Part shown: positions 29,785 through 41,066 of the stretch, piece after piece
How positions within the stretch are numbered: the first letter of the stretch is position 1
How the letters are laid out: the number at the start of each line of letters is the position of its first letter
Source of the DNA: Candidatus Dormibacteria bacterium
Lineage (GTDB): Bacteria > Chloroflexota > Dormibacteria > Aeolococcales > Bog-877
Reading direction: 5' to 3'
NCBI GenBank assembly: GCA_050734135.1
Contig: JBOHUG010000054.1
Span: 8,189 to 72,188, forward strand
Length of the DNA: 64,000 nt
Program-made: the position numbers and the translations under genes
Notes under the pieces: generated by a model
The model's input: only the letters and a program-made list of their open reading frames with translations
Told to the model about the DNA's origin: nothing
Databases searched by the model: none

Positions 29785-29894
29785 GTTGACAAGTCGCCAC
29801 TCACCGCTGCCGATCGGAACGCTTTCGTGGGGCCCTTGGCCGGCTCAGGACTCGAAGCGCTGGCAGAGCCGGACCCGAGCCGCGTTGGCCAGCC

Positions 29895-30518
29895 TCAGCG
29901 GAACAATCCGTCGCTGGTCGTGACTGGCCGCCACGGCGGCCGGGTTGCCTCAAAGGCAGCGATGGATTTCTCCTGGCTGAGCGCCATGGCGATGGTATCC
30001 CTGCCGCTCAGCAGGCAGTCCCTCCAGAACGGATCGATGACGAAATCGGCCACTAGGCCTCCGCGATCGCGGACCTGCTGCTGCTGCAGGTCGAGCGCCA
30101 ATCGGTAGTCGCCCGGGGCAGCCCGCGCCCGCAGCTGGGTCACCACGGCGGCGCTGAGCTGCACCGGGAGGAGTCCGTTTTGCAGTGCGTTGGCGGTGAA
30201 GATGTCGGCGAAGGAGGGGGCGATGACCGCCCGAAAGCCCATCCCCAGGAGTGCCCACACGGCATGTTCCCGGGAGGAACCGCAGCCGAAGTTGCGCCCC
30301 GTGATGAGGACGCTGGCGTTGGCATAGGCAGGATTGTTGAGCTCGAATTCGGGGCGAGGCTTTCCTTCTTCGTCATAGCGCCAGGCAAAAAATCCGGCTG
30401 CGCCGTAGTCTCCCCGGTCGGTGCGCTTCAGGAACTGTTTGGGAATGATTTGATCCGTGTCGACGTCATCCCGACTGAGCACCGCTGCGAGCCCCTCGTG
30501 CACGGTGAAGGCCACCAT
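29895..30518 (-). CDS. leuD: 3-isopropylmalate dehydratase small subunit
   Basis: VDTDQIIPKQFLKR and GRNFGCGSSREHA motifs. Confidence 0.85.
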   Translation of the reverse strand: MVAFTVHEGLAAVLSRDDVDTDQIIPKQFLKRTDRGDYGAAGFFAWRYDEEGKPRPEFELNNPAYANASVLITGRNFGCGSSREHAVWALLGMGFRAVIAPSFADIFTANALQNGLLPVQLSAAVVTQLRARAAPGDYRLALDLQQQQVRDRGGLVADFVIDPFWRDCLLSGRDTIAMALSQEKSIAAFEATRPPWRPVTTSDGLFR

Positions 30519-30524
30519 TCCGGT

Positions 30525-32000
30525 CTACCCGGCTCCGACCAGTACGGCGGGCTGCAGATCTCGGACGTCGACAAAGTGACCGTGGAGCGCGGCCGCGGCC
30601 GCCATCGACGGGCTCACCAGATGAGTGCGCCCTCCGGCTCCTTGGCGCCCTTCGAAGTTGCGATTTGAGGTGGAGGCGCAGCGCTCGCCGGCGGCCAGCA
30701 CGTCCGGATTCATCCCGAGGCACATCGAGCAGCCTGCCTCCCGCCACTCGAAGCCAGCGGCCGTGAATATCTGGTCGAGTCCCTCGGCCTCGGCGGCCCG
30801 CTTCACCGTCTGGGACCCTGGAACCACCATGGCTCGCACCCGAGGATGGACCTTCCCCCCGGCTGCGATTGCGGCCGCCGCCCGGAGATCCTCGAGACGG
30901 CCGTTGGTGCACGACCCGATGAAGACACGGTCGATGGCGATCTCCTCAATCGCCGTCCCCTCGGTGAGCCCCATATAGGCCAGGGCCCGCTCGGCCTGCT
31001 GCCGGTCGAATTCCGTGGCGAAGTCGCTCAGACGTGGGATGCGCCCGGTGACCTGAGCCACCATCCCGGGGTTGGTACCCCAGGTCACGTGGGGAACCAA
31101 GCCGGCGGCATCGACCACGACGGTGCGGTCGAACTTAGCCCGCGGGTCGGTTGCGAACTCCAACCACGCCTGGGCGGCGCGGTCGAATTCTTCACCGCGT
31201 GGGGAGGCCGCCCGCCCTGCCAGGTAGCGCACCGTCGTCTCATCCGCGGAGACCAGTCCGGCCCGGGCGCCCGCTTCGATGGTCAGATTGCAGAGCGTCA
31301 GCCGGCCCTCCATCGACAAAGCTCGGACCACGCTCCCCCGGTACTCGACCACCGATCCTTGGGCGCCTGCAATACCCACCTGGCCGATGATGGCCAGTGC
31401 CATGTCCTTGGCGGTTACACCGAGCGGGAGTTCGCCATCAACTCGGATCTCCAGGGTCTCGGCCCGAGCTTGCCAGAGGCACTCGGTCGCCAGCACTTGC
31501 TCGACTTCGGAAGTCCCGATTCCGAAGGCCAGCGCTCCAAACGCCCCCAATGTGGAGGTGTGGGAGTCGCCGCAGACGACAGTCATCCCCGGCTGGATCA
31601 GGCCCAGTTCCGGACCGATCACGTGAACGATCCCCTGGCGCCGGTGATGCATGTCGAGGAGGGGTATCCCGGCCGCGGCCGCGTTCTCGGCCAGCTGGCG
31701 GAGCTGCTCTGCGGCGATCGGATCGGGAGTGGGCCGGCTGCGCTCCCAGGTTGGCACCGTGTGGTCCATCACCGCCAGGGTCAGATCGGGACGCCGGACC
31801 AGGCGTCCGGCTGCCCGCAAGCCGGCGAACGCCTGGGCCGAGGTCACCTCATGGACGAGGTGGAGGTCAACGTAGAGCAGGGCCCGCGAGTCGGGGTCGC
31901 CACTCACCAGATGGGCGTCCCAGATCTTGCGATAGGCAGTCCTCCCATCTGCCTCGCCGCGGTTGTGATCAGTAGGCTTCGGTCGCAACTCGCCTGTCAT
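30525..32000 (-). CDS. leuC: 3-isopropylmalate dehydratase large subunit
   Basis: Aconitase-family motifs with three cluster cysteines ([28 protein letters not shown]). Start at internal ATG MTGELRP, ahead of KIWDAH. Confidence 0.85.
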   Translation of the reverse strand: MTGELRPKPTDHNRGEADGRTAYRKIWDAHLVSGDPDSRALLYVDLHLVHEVTSAQAFAGLRAAGRLVRRPDLTLAVMDHTVPTWERSRPTPDPIAAEQLRQLAENAAAAGIPLLDMHHRRQGIVHVIGPELGLIQPGMTVVCGDSHTSTLGAFGALAFGIGTSEVEQVLATECLWQARAETLEIRVDGELPLGVTAKDMALAIIGQVGIAGAQGSVVEYRGSVVRALSMEGRLTLCNLTIEAGARAGLVSADETTVRYLAGRAASPRGEEFDRAAQAWLEFATDPRAKFDRTVVVDAAGLVPHVTWGTNPGMVAQVTGRIPRLSDFATEFDRQQAERALAYMGLTEGTAIEEIAIDRVFIGSCTNGRLEDLRAAAAIAAGGKVHPRVRAMVVPGSQTVKRAAEAEGLDQIFTAAGFEWREAGCSMCLGMNPDVLAAGERCASTSNRNFEGRQGAGGRTHLVSPSMAAAAALHGHFVDVRDLQPAVLVGAG

Positions 32001-32028
32001 CGCTCCGACCCGCCAAACCACTGCATGG

Positions 32029-33660
32029 TCACGCGGTCGAGGAGAGGCCGCTTCGGGTCTCGGCATGCCGCGCCGCCCATTCGTAGCTGTCAATCAGCGC
32101 CAGGGCCGACGCCTGGAGGATGTTCGGGGAGCACCCCACCGTGGTCCACACCTGCTCACCGTCGCTGGAGTCGATACCCACTCGCACCGTCGCCCCAGTG
32201 CCCTGGTCACCGTCGATGACCCGGACCCGGTAGTCGAGCAGCTTGACTGTGGCCAGAGTGGGGAAGTGGGGAGCCAGAGCGCGTCGGAGGGCTATGTCAA
32301 GCGCCTCCACAGGTCCGGCGGCCTCGGCGGCGGTGTGCACCAGCGCGCCACCCACCAGGACCTTAACACTGGCATGAACGTTTCCAGAGGGCTCAGCCGG
32401 CCTGGGCGTCGAGGTCTCGTGGGCGACCACCAGTGATTCCTGGAGCGCGAAGGGTGCGGAATCGCCGGGGGTTCCCCGGGTGACCAGAAGTTCGAAGGAG
32501 GCGTCAGCGTCCTCAAAGGCCCAGCCTGCGTTCTCGAGCTGCTTCAGTCGCGCCACGATCGATCGAAGCGCGTCCTGATCGAGCCCGGTGATGCCGAGTT
32601 CCTTCAGCTTGCCGGCGACGTTACTTCGCCCGCTCTGGTCCGAGACCACGGTCCGCGCCTCGTTCCCCACCTCAGTTGGGTCGATGTGCTGGTAGGCGTG
32701 CTGGTCCCGCGTCATCGCCTGGGCATGAAGTCCGCCCTTGTGCAGGAAAGCAGCGGCCCCAAGGTACGGCCGGTGGGGGTCTGGGGCCCGATTGACCAGG
32801 GCGTCGAACAGCCGGGACACCTCGGCCAGCTCCCGCAGGCGCTCCCGGTCGAGCACCGGCCGACCCATCTTGAGACGAAGGTTGGCCGCGATCACCAGCA
32901 AGTCGGCGTTGCCGCAGCGCTCGCCGCTTCCGTTGATGGTGCCCTGAACCATGGTGGCGCCGGACTCCACCGCGGCGAGGGAGTTGGCCACCGCGACCCC
33001 CGCATCGTTGTGACAGTGGATGCCGAGGGGAACGTCGACCTGCTGCCGCACTGCCTCCGTGGCCCGACCCACTGCCGAGGGGAGCCGGCCGCCGTTGGTA
33101 TCGCAGAGCACCACCCACCGGGCTCCGGCCCGAGCGGCGGTCTCGATCACCGCCAGGGCGTAGCCCCGGTCCTGCTCCAGTCCGTCGAAGAAATGCTCGG
33201 CGTCGAAGATCACCTCCCTACCCTGGGCGACGGCATAGATGACAGTGTTTCCCACCATCCTCAGGTTCTCCTGGGGGCTCGTGCCCAACACCGTCTCCAC
33301 CTGCCAGCGCGAGGACTTACCGACCACCGTCACCACCCCAGCCCCGGAGCCGAGGGTCAGCGCCAGCCCAGAGTCCGCTTCGGCCTCGACCCCGGGATGG
33401 CAGGTCGAGCCGAAGGCGGCCAGCCGGGCGCGAGATAGGGGCGACTGGGCCAGTCGCTCGAAGACCGCTGTGTCCCGGGGACTCGCCCCCGGCCAGCCGG
33501 CCTCGACATAGTCGACCCCCAGCTCATCGAGGCGGCGCGCGATGCGGACTTTCTGCTCGACGCTGAGCTGGAGCCCGAAACCCTGCATCCCGTCACGCAG
33601 GGTGGTGTCGTAGAGCAGGACCTTTTCCACCCCCGGCTGAACCCATGCCCGCCGGCTCAT
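32029..33660 (-). CDS. cimA: (R)-citramalate synthase / 2-isopropylmalate synthase family protein with C-terminal LeuA-type regulatory domain (CimA-like, LeuA_rel)
   Basis: [10 protein letters not shown] and GWPGASPRD (CimA/TIGR00977-like) motifs. HxH motif [12 protein letters not shown]. About 160 aa C-terminal regulatory domain. ATG at 33660 overlaps the leuB stop (ATGA). Confidence 0.7.
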   Translation of the reverse strand: MSRRAWVQPGVEKVLLYDTTLRDGMQGFGLQLSVEQKVRIARRLDELGVDYVEAGWPGASPRDTAVFERLAQSPLSRARLAAFGSTCHPGVEAEADSGLALTLGSGAGVVTVVGKSSRWQVETVLGTSPQENLRMVGNTVIYAVAQGREVIFDAEHFFDGLEQDRGYALAVIETAARAGARWVVLCDTNGGRLPSAVGRATEAVRQQVDVPLGIHCHNDAGVAVANSLAAVESGATMVQGTINGSGERCGNADLLVIAANLRLKMGRPVLDRERLRELAEVSRLFDALVNRAPDPHRPYLGAAAFLHKGGLHAQAMTRDQHAYQHIDPTEVGNEARTVVSDQSGRSNVAGKLKELGITGLDQDALRSIVARLKQLENAGWAFEDADASFELLVTRGTPGDSAPFALQESLVVAHETSTPRPAEPSGNVHASVKVLVGGALVHTAAEAAGPVEALDIALRRALAPHFPTLATVKLLDYRVRVIDGDQGTGATVRVGIDSSDGEQVWTTVGCSPNILQASALALIDSYEWAARHAETRSGLSSTA

Positions 33661-34742
33661 GCTTTGGCTCCCACCGCCAACCGCCCGATCACCGCCTCGG
33701 TGACCGAATCGGTGGACTCGTGGCCACCGAGATCCGGGGTGAGTCGACCCTCGGCAATCACCGCCTCGACCGCCCGCTCCACCACCCCGGCCAGCTGGTC
33801 CAGCTGGAGGGTGAGCCGGAGCAGAAGGGCGATGGTGAGAATGGCGCCAATCGGATTGGCGATCCCCCGCCCGGCCAGGTCGGGTGCCGAGCCATGCACC
33901 GGCTCGTACAGCCAAGGGCCCTCTCCGCCGCCACTGGCGGAGGGCAGCACGCCGAGAGAGCCGCTGAGGGCAGCCGCCTCATCGGTGAGGATGTCGCCGA
34001 AGAGGTTCTCGGTGACCACCACATCGAACTCCCCGGGGCGCTGCAGCAGGCGGAGGGCAAAGCTGTCCACCAGAAAGTGCTCGAGGGCCACGTCGGGGAA
34101 CTTCCCGCCCACCTCGGTGATCACCTCGCGCCAGAGCTGGGATGTTGCCAGCACGTTGGCCTTGTCGACCGAGGTGACCTTCGAGCGGCGCCCCCGGGCG
34201 GCCTGGAAAGCCACCTCGGCCGTGCGCCGAACTTCGGCTTCGCCGTACTCGCTGGTGTCCACCGCGTGACGGTGGGGCGAGTTGCCGGAGATCCCTTTGG
34301 GCTTGCCGAAGTAGATCCCCCCGGTGAGCTCGCGGATGAAAAGGATATCGACGCCCCGAAGCAGCTCGCCTCGAAGCGGGCTGTGGCTCACCAGTCCGGG
34401 CCAGCTCCGGACCGGGCGGAGGTTGGCGAAGGCGCCCACGCCCGACCTCAGCCGGAGCAAACCCGCCTCCGGCCTGACCGGCGCTCGATCCCACTCCGGT
34501 CCGCCGACCGCGCCGAGCAGCACTGCGTCGGCCCCGCGGGCTGATTGCAGGCTCGGCGCTGGCAGCGGGTTCCCAGTCTCTTCTAAGGCGACGCCCCCGA
34601 TCTGCTGCTCGGTAGTTACCAGCTCGACTCCGGCCGCTGGCAGAGCCGCTGTCAAGACGTTCAGCGCCGCCCGGGTCACCTCGGGTCCAATCCCGTCACC
34701 GGCCAGCACCGTTAGGTGCAGGGTTTTCGCTGGTTCGATCAC
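33657..34742 (-). CDS. leuB: 3-isopropylmalate dehydrogenase
   Basis: Isocitrate/isopropylmalate dehydrogenase motif NLFGDILTDEAAALSGSLGVLPSAS. GTG start at 34742 overlapping the upstream stop (GTGA). Confidence 0.85.
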   Translation of the reverse strand: MIEPAKTLHLTVLAGDGIGPEVTRAALNVLTAALPAAGVELVTTEQQIGGVALEETGNPLPAPSLQSARGADAVLLGAVGGPEWDRAPVRPEAGLLRLRSGVGAFANLRPVRSWPGLVSHSPLRGELLRGVDILFIRELTGGIYFGKPKGISGNSPHRHAVDTSEYGEAEVRRTAEVAFQAARGRRSKVTSVDKANVLATSQLWREVITEVGGKFPDVALEHFLVDSFALRLLQRPGEFDVVVTENLFGDILTDEAAALSGSLGVLPSASGGGEGPWLYEPVHGSAPDLAGRGIANPIGAILTIALLLRLTLQLDQLAGVVERAVEAVIAEGRLTPDLGGHESTDSVTEAVIGRLAVGAKA

Positions 34743-35976
34743 CCGGCGGCTGACCCCGCAGCTGCCTCGGCGACCGACACCTCGCCGACTATCTGAGCGA
34801 GGGCGTCGTCCTCCACCTCCTTGGCGGTGTCGGCGACCTCGAGAAAGCGCGTCCAAACCGCTTGGAACGAGTCGGGGGAGAGCTCCAGCCCGATGCGGTC
34901 CAGGCGGTGCCGCAAGGCATGTCGCCCAGAGCGGGCGGTCAGGACAATTTTGGACGCCCCGGCGCCGACGTCCTCAGCGGCGATGATCTCGTAGGTGCGG
35001 CGGTCGCGGAGGACCCCGTGCTGGTGGACGCCGGAGGCGTGGGCAAAGGCGTTAGCGCCCACCACCGGCTTGTTGGGAGGCACCATCATGCCGGTCAGCT
35101 CCGCGACCAGACGGCTGGTCGGCACCAGCTCCTGGGCGCATACGTTGTCGGCCAGCCCCAGCACCGGCCGGCGCACCCGCAGTGCCATCAGGATCTCCTC
35201 GATCGAGGCGTTGCCGGCCCGCTCGCCGATCCCGTTGATGCAGCCCTCCACTCGGCGGGCCCCGGCGTCTATCCCGGCCAGCGAGTTGGCGGTCGCCAGC
35301 CCGAGGTCGTCATGGCAGTGGACGCTGACCAGGACCTGCTCCATCCCCCGCACTTCTTGGCGCACGGTGGCGACCAGGTGATGGAACTCCTTGGGAAGGC
35401 AGTAACCGGTGGTGTCAGGCAGGTTGATCACATTGGCTCCGGCGTCGACCGCCGCCTGAACCACGGTGCAGAGATAGTCGAGGTCGGCCCGGCCAGCGTC
35501 CTCAGGGGAGAACTGGACGTTCTCGCAGAGAGTCCTGGCGTAAGCGATCGCCTGGGCCGTCTGGCTCAGGACGGCGGCCCGGTCGAGGCCTAGCTTGTAG
35601 TTGATGTGGATGTCGGACACGCTCATGAACACGTGGATCAGGTGCCGGGGCGCGTCGCAGACAGCTTGGTGGACTGAGTCGATGTCGCTCCGCTTGGTCC
35701 GGGCCAGCCCCGTCACCGCCGGGCCCTCGACCTCCCGGGCGATCTGCTGCACCGCCGCGAAATCTCCCGGAGAGGAGGCTGGGAAGCCGGCCTCGATGAC
35801 ATCGACCCGGAGCCGACGCAGCTGGTGCGCGATCAAGAGCTTGTCAGCCGGGTGGAGGGTGGCTCCTGGGCACTGCTCACCGTCCCGCAGCGTGGTGTCG
35901 AAGAACTCCACGATCTCCGGCTCAGGCTCTGCCCCGGAATCCCTGTCGAACCGGGCTACTGAGCCCTCCTGTGAAC

Positions 35977-35980
<4 letters not shown>
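34739..35980 (-). CDS. leuA: 2-isopropylmalate synthase / homocitrate synthase family protein, short form lacking C-terminal regulatory domain
   Basis: DTTLRDGEQ and [16 protein letters not shown] motifs. Only 413 aa, so it has the catalytic TIM barrel and subdomains without the LeuA dimer/allosteric domain. Confidence 0.75.
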
Positions 35981-37040
<1,060 letters not shown>

Positions 37041-37044
<4 letters not shown>

Positions 37045-37643
37045 CTCGGTTGGCCACCTCCAGCGCCGGGTGGGGATGTGGTGCCAGACCCAACGGCGGG
37101 TGCCAGGGCCATGGCGAGCGGTCCGCTGCAGATCCAGTTCGAACTCGGCTCTCGGCGCAGATCGGCCAGCACCTTGTCGACCCGCGCCGGCGGACCTGAG
37201 ACGGCGATGATCGTTCGCGTCCCGCACTCCTGAACCAGCTGGCCAGCCACCCCACCGGGCAAGCTGGCGAGGGCTAGCTCCACCTGGTCGGTATGGAGCT
37301 CGACCAGGGCTGTGCTCCACTCCACTGTGGCCGGTTGGGTGATGTCCTCGACGCTGACCACGTCGATCAGCTTGGTCAGCTGTTTGATGATCTGGTCGTG
37401 AGCCTGGGTGCCGGCGTCGATGCGCAGGCTGATCGCCACCACTCCCGGCTCGGCGCTGGGGCCTACGGCGCAGGCCTCGATGCCGAAGCCGCGCCGGCCG
37501 AGCAGGTTGGTGACTCGCTGCAGCACCCCGCGCCGGTCCTCGACCCTAACCGAGATCAATCGAATCCGGGACGCGGGCCGAGTGGTGGTGAGTCCGTCCG
37601 TGCCGGGGGCCAGACGGGGGGCGGGGATGGCGGCCACCGTCAT
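37041..37643 (-). CDS. ilvN: acetolactate synthase small (regulatory) subunit
   Basis: ACT domain [37 protein letters not shown] at 37643 overlaps the ilvB stop (ATGA). The upstream part of the 420-aa ORF is non-homologous. Confidence 0.8.
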
Positions 37644-39379
37644 CGATTCTCCGGGCACTCGACGAAGTCGGAGAGTCCTTTGCCGAGCGGCACGATCGGG
37701 TAGACGTTGGCGTCGGGGTCGATCTCGAAGTCGATCACGGCGGGACCTGGATGGGCGAAGGCGGCGTCCAGCACCGCCTCCATCTCGCTCGCCTCCCGGA
37801 CCACCGCTCCGAAGCAGCCGAAGGCCCGGGCCAGCATCGCGAAGTCGGGAGTGAGCAGATGGTCGACCTGGGAGCGCACCCCGCCATAGAAGTCGTCCTG
37901 GAACTGGCGCACCATCCCCAGCTGCCGGTTGTTGAGCACTGCCGCCTTCACCGGCAGCCGGGCCTCGACTGCGGTTGCCAGCTCCTGCAGGGTCATCACG
38001 AAGCCGCCCTCGCCACTGACGCTGAGCACCCGGCGGTCCGGGAATGCGGCCTGGGCGCCGATGGCGGCCGGGAGAGCGAAGCCCATTGTCCCCTGTCCGC
38101 CGGAGTTGAGGAAGTGGCCGGGCCGGTCTCCGCTCCAGGCCACAGCCGCCCAGATCTGGTTCAGCCCGACGTCGGCGACGGTGATGTCGTCCGGACCGAG
38201 CCTGGCGTAGCAGGCGGTGAGTACCTCCTGCGGTTGGAGTCGCCCGTTGACGGGGTGGCGCAGGGGATGCTGGGTGCGCCAGGACTCCACCTGGGCGAGC
38301 CACCCCGGCCGAGGCCGCGATGGCACCTGGCTCGCCAGTTCTCTCAAGGCAGCTTGGGCGTCGCCGACGATCTGGCAGTCCGCCTTCACCGTCTTACCGA
38401 GCTCTGCGGGATCGATGTTGATGTGGATGAGGTGGTTCGCACGCGGGGCGAACTCGTCCAGACGGCAGGTGACCCGGTCGTCGGCCCGCATCCCCACCAT
38501 CAGCAACACGTCGCAGTTGCTGACCGCCAGGTTGCAGTAGCCGGTGCCCATGAAACCGACCAGCCCCAGTGCCAGAGGATGGGTGCTGGGAAAGATCCCG
38601 GTCCCCAGCAGCGTGGTGCCCACCGGCGCATCGCAGGACTCGGCCAGCGCCCGCAGGGCGGATTGGCCACCGGAGATGGCAACTCCACGGCCCGCCAGGA
38701 TCATGGGGCGCTCGGCGCCCGCCAGGAACTCCGCTGCCTGAAGCAGCTGGAAGCTGTCCGGGCGGCCCGGCGCCCGGTGGGGTCGCGGCCGCTGGATCGG
38801 ATCCGCCACCCACTCGACCCGTTGCTGCTGGACGTCGCGGGGAACGTCGATCAGAACCGCCCCCGGCCGGCCGGTGCGGGCAATGTGGAATGCCTCTGCG
38901 ACGACCCCGGGAATGTCGGCGGCGTCCAGGATCTGGTAGCTGTGCTTGGTCACGGACAGGCTGGAGCCGATCACGTCCGACTCCTGGAAGGCATCGGTGC
39001 CGATGGTCGCCGCCGGCACCTGGCCGGTGATCGCCACCACCGGAACCGAGTCGAAGTGGGCGGTGGCGAGTCCGGTGATCAGGTTGAGGGCGCCCGGCCC
39101 CGAAGTTGCCACGCAGACTCCGACCTTGCCGCTGGCCCGGGCATAGCCGTCGGCCATGTGAGCTGCGCCCTGCTCGTGACGGACCAGGACATGCCGCAGC
39201 GGAAAGGCGGGCAGGTGCTGGTAGATCGGCAGGTTGGCGCCGCCGGGAATTCCGAAGACCGTATCCACCCCCTCCCGCACTAGCGCAGCCAGCAGCAGCT
39301 CCGCGCCGGTTGTTCCGGGGGAGACGCCGGCGGCCACGCGGGGCTGGGCGGTCCGTTCGACTGTGGCGGTGACGGTCAC
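37640..39379 (-). CDS. ilvB: acetolactate synthase large subunit
   Basis: ThDP enzyme with three-domain architecture. Motifs include GIPGGANLPIY and GGQGTMGFALPAAIGAQAAFPDRRVLSVSGEGGF. GTG start. Confidence 0.85.
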   Translation of the reverse strand: MTVTATVERTAQPRVAAGVSPGTTGAELLLAALVREGVDTVFGIPGGANLPIYQHLPAFPLRHVLVRHEQGAAHMADGYARASGKVGVCVATSGPGALNLITGLATAHFDSVPVVAITGQVPAATIGTDAFQESDVIGSSLSVTKHSYQILDAADIPGVVAEAFHIARTGRPGAVLIDVPRDVQQQRVEWVADPIQRPRPHRAPGRPDSFQLLQAAEFLAGAERPMILAGRGVAISGGQSALRALAESCDAPVGTTLLGTGIFPSTHPLALGLVGFMGTGYCNLAVSNCDVLLMVGMRADDRVTCRLDEFAPRANHLIHINIDPAELGKTVKADCQIVGDAQAALRELASQVPSRPRPGWLAQVESWRTQHPLRHPVNGRLQPQEVLTACYARLGPDDITVADVGLNQIWAAVAWSGDRPGHFLNSGGQGTMGFALPAAIGAQAAFPDRRVLSVSGEGGFVMTLQELATAVEARLPVKAAVLNNRQLGMVRQFQDDFYGGVRSQVDHLLTPDFAMLARAFGCFGAVVREASEMEAVLDAAFAHPGPAVIDFEIDPDANVYPIVPLGKGLSDFVECPENR

Positions 39380-39392
39380 GGGCTCAGTTCCC

Positions 39393-39584
39393 TCAGTCCG
39401 ACCCGTAGGCGTCGCCGATGGCGGCCGTCACTGCGGCATCGGCAGCCAGGCGGCGCAGCGGTCGCCGGGGGTCCGCGGCACTCTGACGGCTTACCCAGTT
39501 GCGGCCGGCCTCGTCCAGGTCGATGTCGTCCGGATACTGGTCGGAGCCGGAAAAGCTGTCGGAGCCTGATGCTTCGGTGGTCAC
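39393..39584 (-). CDS. small acidic hypothetical protein (63 aa) immediately upstream of ilvB
   Basis: GTG start 7 nt after a consensus AAGGAG SD. Encodes VTTEASGSDSFSGSDQYPDDIDLDEAGRNW... The stop is 13 nt before the ilvB GTG. It lies between the attenuator-like terminator and ilvB. No recognisable family. Confidence 0.35.
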   Translation of the reverse strand: MTTEASGSDSFSGSDQYPDDIDLDEAGRNWVSRQSAADPRRPLRRLAADAAVTAAIGDAYGSD

Positions 39585-39650
39585 GGGGTTTCTCCTTGGC
39601 GGGTGGTCGGGTGGACTCATTCGTGGGCGGTTTCGGATCGGCGCCGGGCA

Positions 39651-39686
39651 TAAAAAAACCGGCCCCCGGGGTATCCGGGGGGCCGG
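39651..39686 (-). terminator. Rho-independent terminator hairpin (candidate attenuator) in ilvB leader
   Basis: Minus-strand sequence CCGGCCCCCCGG-ATAC-CCCGGGGGCCGG followed by TTTTTTT. No upstream minus-strand gene needs terminating. It sits between the divergent promoter region and ilvB. Confidence 0.5.
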
Positions 39687-39710
39687 TGATCTCGCCAGGT
39701 CGCGCAGACG

Positions 39711-39752
39711 CTAGCTGATCAGCCCTCCGGTAATTAGGCGTACTAGGACCAC
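39711..39752 (-). promoter_or_regulatory. candidate ilv-leu attenuator leader peptide ORF (13 codons, Val/Leu/Ile-rich)
   Basis: GTG GTC CTA GTA CGC CTA ATT ACC GGA GGG CTG ATC AGC TAG encodes VVLVRLITGGLIS. 8 of 13 residues are branched-chain. It ends 24 nt upstream of the terminator hairpin. The SD is weak. Confidence 0.3.
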
Positions 39753-40040
39753 GAGGTCCCGGGTGATCAACTGCACGTGCTGGACTTTCGGCAAAGTGGG
39801 GTCATTATCCGGGGCGACCCGAGGAGTGTCAAGTCACGGAACGGTCGCAGGTTCGCCCGCCGCCACTCCAGAATCCGTGTAGCCGGGGAGTTTCAGCGCG
39901 GCGGGGCGGGCTGGACCACCGCGCTGATCGGCCGTCCCGGCGCTTCCCGAACCCGATCGGGAGGCTCAACTCGTGGCGCGGCCACGCAAAATCTTCTTGC
40001 TAGCATCGAGTGGTCAGGCGACCTCTGGGAGGAATCGACC

Positions 40041-41066
40041 ATGATGAAATTGCGCACCATTTCGATCGCCGCGGCGGCCGCTGGGGCCGCCGGTTTGTTC
40101 ATCTTCGGAATAGCGCCGGCCCTGGCCCAGGCTGGTACCAGACCGCTGTCAATCGAAGCGGGTCAGGTCCGGGCAGTGAACGGCTCCACCAGCGTCAGCA
40201 GCTGCGGGAGTCCGGGCCAAAGCACCACGGTGACCCTGCTCTTGCGCAATGGCAGCAGCAGGACCCTGGTACTCGCCAACTCCACCTCTCTGATCGGTCT
40301 TGGGACCGGTTCGGCGGCTCAAGCTAACCTCTGTGTTGGGGATTGGGTGACCGCGTCCGGTACCCGCTCAGGTCACGTCTTGCCGATGCCGGTCACCAAA
40401 CTCCGATTCAGTCCTCCGGTTGCCTTCGGGTCGGTCGATTCAGTCAACGGCTCGGCAGCTGCCGGCAGCTGCGGCAGCTCTGGAACCTCCGGGACTTTCA
40501 CCGTCCAGGGCTGGGTCGATTCGGCGCCCCGGTGGACCGTGACGGTCGGCTCGGCCACGCTCTTTTGTCAGCGCGACCTTGCCACCGCCGCCTTCGCCAA
40601 CCTCTGTGTCGGTGACTGGGCGGCCGCCTCAGGGACCGTCACCGGGGCCGGCACCCTGATTGCCCGCAGGGTGGGGATCACCACGCCGCGGGTGGTTGGT
40701 GATGTCCGCTCCGTAAACGGCGTGAGTGGGGCTGGTACGTGTGGCAGTGCCTCCTCCGCCGGGAGCTTCACTATCACCGGGGAGTACGGCACCAGCTGGA
40801 GCGTGGCGGTGACCCCGGCCACGATCTTTACCGATGGCGGATCTGGTCCGGCCTCGGTTTCCGGCGTCTGCGCCGGTGACGCGGTGGCTGCGTTTGGCAC
40901 CGCTTCGGGCACCAGGCTCGCCGCGACCGCGGTTGCGATCAGCGCCCCGTTCAACGGACCGCTGGCGCCCCCCAGTTCTGCACCTCCGGCTACCAAGGCA
41001 GAGCCGCTTCCCGATCAGCCCCAGCCGATCCTCGCCGGCGGCGGGCCAGTGCGAGTGGGTTACTGA
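40041..41066 (+). CDS. secreted protein with three tandem ~85-aa Cys-containing repeats and Pro-rich C-terminus
   Basis: Signal peptide MMKLRTISIAAAAAGAAGLFIFGIAPALAQA. Three repeats of the pattern VNGS..CGS.G.S.T.T...[W]..V.V.....L......AAFANLCVGDW..ASGT. GGGAGG RBS 8 nt upstream. The ORF-track start at 39777 is too far upstream. Confidence 0.65.
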   Translation: MMKLRTISIAAAAAGAAGLFIFGIAPALAQAGTRPLSIEAGQVRAVNGSTSVSSCGSPGQSTTVTLLLRNGSSRTLVLANSTSLIGLGTGSAAQANLCVGDWVTASGTRSGHVLPMPVTKLRFSPPVAFGSVDSVNGSAAAGSCGSSGTSGTFTVQGWVDSAPRWTVTVGSATLFCQRDLATAAFANLCVGDWAAASGTVTGAGTLIARRVGITTPRVVGDVRSVNGVSGAGTCGSASSAGSFTITGEYGTSWSVAVTPATIFTDGGSGPASVSGVCAGDAVAAFGTASGTRLAATAVAISAPFNGPLAPPSSAPPATKAEPLPDQPQPILAGGGPVRVGY

